Shown: positions 27,193-33,984 of the stretch, piece after piece
How positions within the stretch are numbered: the first letter of the stretch is position 1
Layout of the letters: the number at the start of each line of letters is the position of its first letter
Assembly (NCBI GenBank): GCA_015521385.1
Contig: WAOH01000166.1
Coordinates: 1-33,984 of the forward strand
Direction: 5' to 3'
Length of the DNA: 33,984 nt
From: Thermoproteota archaeon
GTDB taxonomy: Archaea; Korarchaeota; Korarchaeia; Korarchaeales; Korarchaeaceae
The notes under the pieces: model-generated
The model's database searches: none
The model's input: the letters and a program-made list of their open reading frames with translations, nothing else
Told to the model about the DNA's origin: nothing
Program-made: the position numbers and the translations under genes

Positions 27193-27265
27193 TGGGCCGG
27201 GGGGGACTCGAACCCCCGACCTCCGCCGTGTGAGGGCGGCGTCATAGCCGCTAGACCACCGGCCC
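27193..27265 (-). tRNA. tRNA-Val(CAC), CCA not encoded, no intron
   Basis: Reverse complement has the same body as tRNA-Val(GAC), with anticodon loop CTCACAC; followed by CTA rather than CCA. Confidence 0.95.
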
Positions 27266-27481
27266 CCTGAGACTGATCGATCGGTCGGTTTTAATCTTTA
27301 TGCGGAGTCATCCTCTTGGATGGATGTTCCATCGGTTTTTTCAGGTAATTAAAGATGGTAATTGGTATGATATGAGAAACTTAATGAAGACTACCTACGT
27401 TTTTTTATATCATAAGATAGTAGCGTCAAAGAGGTAGGAGTAGCTATTTTAATTAATAGAAGCGTGTTGTAATCGGCTGAA

Positions 27482-28768
27482 ATGATTGACGGAATAAGGG
27501 AGCTAGAAAGAGATCTGAAACTACTGCTCATAGCAAGCATACCTACTGGACTCTCTGGAGGAATGTTTTACGCTGTTTGGGGTTTGTATTTCGAAACAGA
27601 AGGTATAAATGTAAGTCTATTGGGTCTCTACAGCTTTCTAGAGGGCCTATTGATGGCCGGTATCTTCATACCGGCCGGTCTCATCACCGATAGGATGGGC
27701 AGGAAAAAGCCCGTGTTACTTGGATACCTCCTCTCCGCCACATCTCTAGCTGTAGTGTCCCTCTGGGGTCTAAATCTACCTTCAATAGTCTTGAGCGGTA
27801 TATTGGGTGGATGCAGTTCCCTAGCCTTACCTGCCTTTCAAGCATGGCTGGCTGATCTCGCCGGTAGTAAGATGGAAGAGGCTTCCAGCATACAGATGTT
27901 CCTGTATAACGTCAGCTTCTCCGCTGGAAGCCTCATGGGATGGGTGCCAGAGCTGATGGTCGTATCATCTCACAACCTGAACTACTCCCAGGCCTATCGG
28001 ACTATGATACTCCTCTCTACCGCTGCTACCCTGATCGCCATACCCTTCTTTCTCGCGATAAAAGAGAAGAAAGTTACACGTCCCGCTGGAGATCACCCTG
28101 TAGCGTTACGGGAGATACTCAAACCGCTGAATACCCCCATGATCCGCAGACTGACATTCCTCCTCATCCTGTCTAGCTTGGCCACCGGGTTCTTCTACCC
28201 TCTTACCAGCTACTACCTTGGGGAGAAGTACGGAGTTGAATCAGGCCCCGTCGGAACCGTTCTCTCCATGATATACCTGATATCCTCCTTTAGTTACCTA
28301 GTAGCCCCGGCGTTCTCCAAGCTATTGGGCCTTGTTAAGTTCGTCGTCCTCTCTCAGGGATTCGCAATCCTCATGATGATTCTAATTCCCTTCACTCATA
28401 ACTTCCTGCTTGCCTCAACGCTACTTATCCTTCAGGTAATGGGGACTTACGCACCATTCCCCTTGATATGGGCTCTCTTCATGGAATACTCCCCACCAGA
28501 CGAGAGGGGTGTAGTTAACTCCCTCTACAACCTGTCAGTGGTCGGCCCTAGGGCGATCTCCTCCTTGGCCGGAGGGAACCTGATGAGCATGTCCTTAGAG
28601 TATCCTATATTCGCTTTCATTCTGCTGTATTCCGTCTACAACCTGCTGTTCGCCACTCTCATAAGAAGCCCCGCGCCTAAGAAGAGTTATCTTGCCAGCG
28701 TGATTGAGAACTCAGGGAATGGCGATGGACTTGAGGGACAGGATAGATGCAACACTACTGAAGCATGA
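27482..28768 (+). CDS. MFS transporter
   Basis: About 12 TM helices and motif A (GLITDRMGRK). Confidence 0.9.
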   Translation: MIDGIRELERDLKLLLIASIPTGLSGGMFYAVWGLYFETEGINVSLLGLYSFLEGLLMAGIFIPAGLITDRMGRKKPVLLGYLLSATSLAVVSLWGLNLPSIVLSGILGGCSSLALPAFQAWLADLAGSKMEEASSIQMFLYNVSFSAGSLMGWVPELMVVSSHNLNYSQAYRTMILLSTAATLIAIPFFLAIKEKKVTRPAGDHPVALREILKPLNTPMIRRLTFLLILSSLATGFFYPLTSYYLGEKYGVESGPVGTVLSMIYLISSFSYLVAPAFSKLLGLVKFVVLSQGFAILMMILIPFTHNFLLASTLLILQVMGTYAPFPLIWALFMEYSPPDERGVVNSLYNLSVVGPRAISSLAGGNLMSMSLEYPIFAFILLYSVYNLLFATLIRSPAPKKSYLASVIENSGNGDGLEGQDRCNTTEA

Positions 28769-29342
28769 CATCCCCATAGGGGATGTGCTGAGTTTTGCGA
28801 GGAGGGCCGCTAGGGAAGGGATGAGGTCAGTGGTGGTCTATCCCTTCTACGCCAAGTACTTAACGATCTCGGATCTTGGGATACCGATATGCACAGTCGT
28901 TGGCTTTCCGCATGGATCGCAGCTCAAAGAGGTCAAGGGCAAGGAGGCTCGGACAGCTCAAGAGATGGGTGTCTCAGAGATAGACTACGTTATCAGCATC
29001 CCCGCCGTGAAGAACGGGCTGTTCGAGTACCTGAGGGAGGAGGCCGATCTCATAGCTAATACCTTCCAAGGGACGGTGAAGGCAATTATCGAGGTACCCC
29101 TCCTCTCGGAGGATGAGCTCAAGAGAACGTTGGAAGCTTTGGAGCCTACGGGCATCGAGTACGTGAAGACATCAACCGGCCTGTACAGGCCGGTGACTCC
29201 CGAGGACGTCAGGAAGGTGAGGAAATTTACTAGTAAGAAGGTAAAGGCCTCTGGAGGAATTAGAACTAGAGAACAGGCTATTGAATTAGTGAGGGCCGGA
29301 GCCGATGTACTGGGGACCAGTAGGCCATTCGACCTCCTTTAG
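28719..29342 (+). CDS. deoC: Deoxyribose-phosphate aldolase
   Basis: IDATLLK, TVVGFPHG, EIDYV, VKAIIE, YVKTSTG, VKASGGIRT, GTS. Confidence 0.92.
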   Translation: MAMDLRDRIDATLLKHDIPIGDVLSFARRAAREGMRSVVVYPFYAKYLTISDLGIPICTVVGFPHGSQLKEVKGKEARTAQEMGVSEIDYVISIPAVKNGLFEYLREEADLIANTFQGTVKAIIEVPLLSEDELKRTLEALEPTGIEYVKTSTGLYRPVTPEDVRKVRKFTSKKVKASGGIRTREQAIELVRAGADVLGTSRPFDLL

Positions 29343-29347
29343 ACGGC

Positions 29348-30451
29348 TCAGGCCCCTATAACCCAGCGAGCCACATAACTCCTCGGACACTGGACGGCGC
29401 CCCTGTAGTAGGGGCAGAACGAGCACGTGGGACTGTTTCCCCAGCAGTCGAACTCGTTACTATTGGCTATGTGACATCCATCCCACAGGAGGCAATCGTT
29501 ACACGACGGGAAGTCGGCTATTCTGACTTTAGCCCTGAACGATAAGTACTCGGGGGACCACCAGATCTCCCTCAGGCTCCTCTCCTTCAGGTCGCCAAAG
29601 GCGAGCTGTTTCACCTCTACCTCCTTGCCATCTATCCAAGCCCTGTAATCATGTAGAGTGAATAGGCATGGGACCACCTTCCCGTCGAACGTGATAGCGA
29701 AGGCTCTCTCCTCGATGAAGGGACACCTTCTCTCGGTCTTGTAGTAGAAGAAGGGCTCTATTACCCTGACGTGGTGGAGCATCGAGAGAGTTCTGACCTT
29801 CTCCATTATCTTGGAGATACCGTCGGGCTGCACTTTGTCGTGTATCTGCTCATGAGCTATGGAGGGATGAGTAGCTATGAGATTTGAAAGGAGAACGCCT
29901 CTAGCTCCCACGTCCGCAGCCCATTCTATGAGGTTCGGGAGCTTATTTACCGTGCTCTTAAGGAGGACGGTAGAGATCCAGAGCTCCACCCCGTCCCTGC
30001 TTGCCAACTCCCTTATTCCCCTCTCCACCACGTGGAAGCTCGATCCTACTCTAATCCTCCTGTAAATCTCCGGATCGGTGACATCCACGCTGACGAAAAC
30101 CCACGAGAAGTGACGACTTATCACATCTGCCTTTCTCAGGAGGGTGGTTCCGTTGGTGATCATTCCAAGTTCGAAGTCCTTCGCTGCTTTCACAGCGAAC
30201 TGCTCGAATCTGGGGTGTATGGTAGGTTCTCCCCATCCGCTGAACCAGAGATCCTCCACCCCAACATCGCTCAGCTCTCTCAGCACCCGATCGAACAACT
30301 CGTCGCTCATGAACCCTATCCTCTCGCTCCAGCTCTGTCTATAACAGAATTCACAATTCAGGTTGCAGGAGGTCGTCAGTTCTACGTGCGCTTCCCTAGG
30401 TGGATCGGGATCAGGGATGTAGAAGCCTCCGTGTACCCTAACCCTCTCCAA
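29348..30451 (-). CDS. Radical SAM/SPASM protein, tungsten-cofactor oxidoreductase maturase-like
   Basis: CNLNCEFC, SGWGEP, RCPFIEE..DGKVVPC, and a Cys-rich end (FPSCNDC..GC..DCWGNSPTCSFC..VQCP) recalled as typical of that family. Confidence 0.75.
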   Translation of the reverse strand: MERVRVHGGFYIPDPDPPREAHVELTTSCNLNCEFCYRQSWSERIGFMSDELFDRVLRELSDVGVEDLWFSGWGEPTIHPRFEQFAVKAAKDFELGMITNGTTLLRKADVISRHFSWVFVSVDVTDPEIYRRIRVGSSFHVVERGIRELASRDGVELWISTVLLKSTVNKLPNLIEWAADVGARGVLLSNLIATHPSIAHEQIHDKVQPDGISKIMEKVRTLSMLHHVRVIEPFFYYKTERRCPFIEERAFAITFDGKVVPCLFTLHDYRAWIDGKEVEVKQLAFGDLKERSLREIWWSPEYLSFRAKVRIADFPSCNDCLLWDGCHIANSNEFDCWGNSPTCSFCPYYRGAVQCPRSYVARWVIGA

Positions 30452-30513
30452 TGTTCCTCGGTCGCCTTCCCCATCATGTCGTATTAAACGATTGCTATAA
30501 CGTGGTATTCAAG

Positions 30514-30539
30514 AAAGGAATGATCAAAAGGAATGATCA
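30514..30539. repeat. Tandem 13-bp direct repeat AAAGGAATGATCA x2
   Basis: Read directly; the second copy contains the stop codon of the upstream minus-strand gene. Confidence 0.85.
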
Positions 30540-31259
30540 ACCGAGGAAGGTGTCCACCGCCCCCTTAGGGGCTCTTTCCCACACCCTCTCAACTTCCTCG
30601 ACGGGTAAATCAAGCTGCTTCGCCACCAGCTCCATGGAGATCTCAGGGTTCGTCCTCTTTATATCATCCACGGCGTGAGCCAGATAGTCCTCATACGGGA
30701 TGGCCTCCTCCCACAACCTCTCGAATCTCTCCTTGAATATCTTAGCCAGGCTCTCCGATTCCACCTTTATGCCCGTTCTCGTGGGTTGCTCTATCCCCAC
30801 CTTCTCGGGGAACCCCATGACCACGATCCTATGATCCACGACCATATGCCTCAGGTCGTACACCACGAGGCCCCCGTGGTAGCGGACCTCCGCCCCCGCC
30901 TTGGTGTATCTGTATCCCACGTAAAGCTTCTCCCTGCCCTTAGGCATCATGTACCTTATCCTCACGCCCCTCGATGCAGCTGCCTCTATCTCCTCAACGA
31001 TCTTATCGAAGAACTCGGTGGAGTCTTTGGGCTTGGCGCCCGTCACTGATCCGAAGATCTCCTTAGAGGCTCCCCTCATGGCCTCCAGCACCGCATTGAA
31101 GTACTGAGTTCGGGTGAGCATCCTCGTCACTTCCATTAGGTGCTCCACGAGCTTCCTTCTGCCCTCAAGTTCGTGTCTGCTGAGGTAAAGCAGGATTATC
31201 GTGGCTATAAGCAGGGTGAGCTCCACTATCAGGAGAGCCAAAGCCACCAAGTCCTCCAT
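30537..31259 (-). CDS. Membrane-anchored TrmB-effector/PLD-fold protein with C-terminal HTH-like end
   Basis: N-terminal TM helix; AASRGVRIRY, DLRHMVVD and FKERFERLWEEA (PLD-like fold, HKD degenerate); ISMELVAKQLDLPVEEVERV. Confidence 0.7.
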   Translation of the reverse strand: MEDLVALALLIVELTLLIATIILLYLSRHELEGRRKLVEHLMEVTRMLTRTQYFNAVLEAMRGASKEIFGSVTGAKPKDSTEFFDKIVEEIEAAASRGVRIRYMMPKGREKLYVGYRYTKAGAEVRYHGGLVVYDLRHMVVDHRIVVMGFPEKVGIEQPTRTGIKVESESLAKIFKERFERLWEEAIPYEDYLAHAVDDIKRTNPEISMELVAKQLDLPVEEVERVWERAPKGAVDTFLG

Positions 31260-31269
31260 AGAAGGTCCC

Positions 31270-32169
31270 TCATACCTCAGCGGCGCCGCCGGCAGGCGCC
31301 ACCTCCATCACGGTAGCCGGGATACCTAGCCCCTTATAAGCCCGCCTCACCCCTTCGACAACTCGGTCGCAATCCTCACATAAGAAGAGCATGCTCGGCC
31401 CGGCCCCGCTTATGGAAGCACCCAGAGCTCCGGATCTCTGAGCCATCTCCCTAACCTCCTTGTACCCCGGAATGAGCCTTGATCTGGATTCATCCACCAA
31501 GGAGTACGACATCCCCTCGCCGGCGAGCCTCAGGTCACCAGTAGTGAGTCCGATCAGCAGAGAGGCCAGGTGAGAGTAGTGCCTGACCATCTCCTCGATA
31601 TTCACGTTCTTAGGGACGATGGACCTCATCTTCTCCGTCTTCCTCTCGGGAATGGGCGTCCAAGGAACGGCCAGGACGAACCTCACATCCGGATCGAGTC
31701 TCACTATCCTCCTCCCTATCACGACCAGACCCCCGAAAAGAGAGGGAGCGACGTTGTCCGGATGAGGGGACCCCGATGCCTCCCTCTCCCCCTCGGCCGC
31801 CGCCCTCACTAGGTCTTCCTCCGAAAGCGTCCCACCCAGCTCCAGATCGACCGCCCTCGCAGCGGCCGCCGACGAGGCCCCGCTGCTCCCCAGCCCCCTG
31901 CCCGGCGGAACTCCCTTCCAGAGCCTGATCCTAGCGGTCAAGCGCTGCTCTGCGGCTTTTAACGCGGCTCTCGCGGCGGCCGCAGCGCTGTTCCTCCTTC
32001 CTAGGGGCACGGACCTCGCGTAAGGACCTTCTACCTCTGTGACGATAGCGTCAGGCCCGCCACTGACCAGCTCGACCTCGACTATGTCGGAGAACGCGTC
32101 GATCGCTATCCCCATTATATCGTAGCCGGGGCCTAGGTTAGCGCTCGTGCTCCACGCTCTGACCCTCAT
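31270..32169 (-). CDS. thrB: Homoserine kinase
   Basis: TSANLGPGYD, PPGRGLGSSGAS, HPDNVAP, ISGAGPS. Confidence 0.95.
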   Translation of the reverse strand: MRVRAWSTSANLGPGYDIMGIAIDAFSDIVEVELVSGGPDAIVTEVEGPYARSVPLGRRNSAAAAARAALKAAEQRLTARIRLWKGVPPGRGLGSSGASSAAAARAVDLELGGTLSEEDLVRAAAEGEREASGSPHPDNVAPSLFGGLVVIGRRIVRLDPDVRFVLAVPWTPIPERKTEKMRSIVPKNVNIEEMVRHYSHLASLLIGLTTGDLRLAGEGMSYSLVDESRSRLIPGYKEVREMAQRSGALGASISGAGPSMLFLCEDCDRVVEGVRRAYKGLGIPATVMEVAPAGGAAEV

Positions 32170-33347
32170 ACGGCTAACCTCCTGATCTTCTCCACCGCTT
32201 CATCGACGCTAGAGGCCCTCACCGGCTCGGGGAAGGGGAAGGCGTCGGGATCCTTCAGGGCGTGACCGGTCGCAACTAGAACGACCCTGTCGTCGTCGGA
32301 GATCTCCCTCCCCAGCAACTTCAGGTAACCCGCGTACGAGGCGGCCGAAGCCGGTTCCACCCCGACACCCATCCTCCCCAGCGCTCTCTGCGCCTCGAGG
32401 ATCTCCTCATCGGTCACCATCTCCACGGTACCACCGCTCTCCCTGAGGGCCCTGAAGGCCTTGGGCCAATTCACGGGCCTGCCTATCCTTATGGCGGTGG
32501 CCACGGTTTCAGGCTCGTCCGTGAAGATGGGCTGGTTCAATCCCTCTTTGAAGGCTCTAGCTATGGGAGAAGCCCCCTCGGCCTGCACACCGGCCAACCT
32601 CGGCGTCCTGTCGATCAATCCCAGCTCCTTCATCTCTCTAAACCCCTTCCATATGGCAGAAATGTTGCCGGCGTTCCCCACAGGCAGCACGATCCAGTCG
32701 GGCACCCCGATCTCGTCAACCACCTCGAAAGCCAAGGTCTTCTGGCCCTCCAACCTCCAGGGGTTGATCGAATTTAGGGGGTAGAGCCCGCTTTCCCTCC
32801 CGGAGACCCTCATCACCACGTCTAGGGCGGCATCGAAGGGACCATCCACCTCGATGATGACCGCACCGTGCAGCACCGCCTGGGCCAGCTTCCCCCTGGC
32901 CACCTTACCCCTCGGTAGCACGACGAAGCTTCTCATACCGGCTCTGGAGGCGTAAGCGGCAACGGAAGCCGACGTGTTCCCAGTGGAGGCGCAGATGACG
33001 CTCCTCACTCCCGCTTCCCTGGCCAGGGACACGGCCACGGTCATTCCCCTATCCTTGAAGGAGCCGGTCGGGTTGCTCCCCTCGAACTTTATCCAGAGCC
33101 TCTCATCGACCTTTATCAGAGGGGTACCACCCTCGCCCATGGAGACGGGCCTCACCTTGGGTAGGAGTTCCCTGTACCTCCACACCCCGAACTTCCTCGT
33201 CCTGAAAAGGGCCCAAGATACGCCGAGGGGCTTCCTCCTGAAGACCGGCTCCAGCAGACCCCCGCAGTGAGGGCACACTATCGTCCAAGGATCGGCCTCA
33301 TAGGTCCTCCCGCAATTGACGCAGCGAAGCTCGTATTCCCCGAGCAT
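32166..33347 (-). CDS. thrC: Threonine synthase
   Basis: Zinc ribbon, GEGGTPL, NPTGSFKDRG, CASTGNTSAS, PVGNAGN, EPASA, TGHALKDP. Start at 33347 (or 33359). Confidence 0.95.
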   Translation of the reverse strand: MLGEYELRCVNCGRTYEADPWTIVCPHCGGLLEPVFRRKPLGVSWALFRTRKFGVWRYRELLPKVRPVSMGEGGTPLIKVDERLWIKFEGSNPTGSFKDRGMTVAVSLAREAGVRSVICASTGNTSASVAAYASRAGMRSFVVLPRGKVARGKLAQAVLHGAVIIEVDGPFDAALDVVMRVSGRESGLYPLNSINPWRLEGQKTLAFEVVDEIGVPDWIVLPVGNAGNISAIWKGFREMKELGLIDRTPRLAGVQAEGASPIARAFKEGLNQPIFTDEPETVATAIRIGRPVNWPKAFRALRESGGTVEMVTDEEILEAQRALGRMGVGVEPASAASYAGYLKLLGREISDDDRVVLVATGHALKDPDAFPFPEPVRASSVDEAVEKIRRLAV

Positions 33348-33367
33348 CTCGGCTCCCATCGACACAC

Positions 33368-33377
33368 AGTTATAACT
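33368..33377. promoter_or_regulatory. Palindromic TATA element AGTTATAACT between divergent thrC and glyA
   Basis: Perfect 10-bp palindrome lying 20-30 nt from both start codons. Confidence 0.6.
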
Positions 33378-33406
33378 TCTCCCCTCGGTGGAAACTGGGT
33401 GTGCGC

Positions 33407-33984
33407 TTGGATCCGGAGGATGCTTATAGGAGGGTCCTAACCTCCATCGAGGAGCATCATAGGTGGTTTGATTCCTCCCTGCCCATGATAGCAAGCGAGA
33501 ACGTCACAAGTCCGGCAGTTAGGAGAGCCATGACCAGCGATTTCGGACATCGTTACGCTGAGGGATGGGTGGGGGAGAGAGTTTACGCCGGGACCAAGTA
33601 CATAGATATCGTCGAATCGCTGGCGATGGAGCTCATAAAGGAGCTGTACGGGGTGAGGTTCGCGGATGTACGACCGATAAGCGGTGTAGTCGCCAATCTA
33701 TCCGTGTACACGGCCCTCACACAGCCGGGAGATGTGGTGATGGCCCTGCCCATAACTAAAGGGGGACACATAAGCATGGGGCCCTTGAGGGGTTCCAAGG
33801 GGCAGTTCATAGGGGGCACGGCCGGGGCTGTCAGGGGACTGGATGTGAAGTACATCGCCTTCGATGACGAGAACATGAACATAGACGTCGACAAGACCAT
33901 CAACAGAATGGAGAAGTACAAACCCAAGCTCATAATGATGGGAGGCAGCGTGATCCTCTTTCCACAACCGGTGAGGGAGCTGGC
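33407..33984 (+). CDS. glyA: Serine hydroxymethyltransferase (3'-truncated; not in ORF track)
   Basis: Manual translation from TTG 33407 (or GTG 33401): ..PMIASENVTSPAV..HRYAEG..RVYAG..DVRPISGVVAN..GGHIS..GGSVILFPQPVREL. Confidence 0.93.
   Translation, partial: MDPEDAYRRVLTSIEEHHRWFDSSLPMIASENVTSPAVRRAMTSDFGHRYAEGWVGERVYAGTKYIDIVESLAMELIKELYGVRFADVRPISGVVANLSVYTALTQPGDVVMALPITKGGHISMGPLRGSKGQFIGGTAGAVRGLDVKYIAFDDENMNIDVDKTINRMEKYKPKLIMMGGSVILFPQPVREL

Noticed and set aside
1-33984. CRISPR array, IS element, integrase or tRNA-derived att site
   Set aside because: No spaced repeats, transposase or integrase ORFs were seen. The repeated tRNA-Val sequence is two complete genes, not a partial att copy.

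Overview
Archaeal chromosome window, most likely Korarchaeota. This is an inference from the Rpo8/RpoG subunit, the divergent TFB, the gene order and GGAGG/GGTGA Shine-Dalgarno sites. Most of it is housekeeping: a translation cluster (rpl7ae-rps28e-rpl24e-aIF5B-rps6e-aIF2gamma), rpoN-rps2-MEMO1-fni, rfcS/rfcL with a convergent cdc6/orc1, rpo8, pyrH, twy1, translin, riboflavin kinase, deoC, thrC/thrB, glyA and three tRNAs. No CRISPR array, IS element or integrase was seen. The main candidate for a new system is a translationally coupled four-gene minus-strand operon at the left end. It encodes a membrane protein ending in a 9-cysteine Cys-Ala repeat tail (VSCACVSCACACACVSCACACAGGGVG), a PqqD/RRE-like radical SAM/SPASM enzyme, a YxxR sirtuin and a GNAT acyltransferase. 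Other notable items: (i) a box C/D guide RNA predicted to methylate C34 of tRNA-Leu(CAA); (ii) a cdc6 whose conserved N-terminus has no canonical start and apparently initiates at ATA; (iii) an operon of a divergent TFB, a 47-aa coiled-coil peptide and a membrane-anchored HerA/VirB4 (CedB-like) ATPase; (iv) a membrane-tethered TrmB/PLD-fold HTH protein upstream of a tungsten-cofactor-type radical SAM gene.
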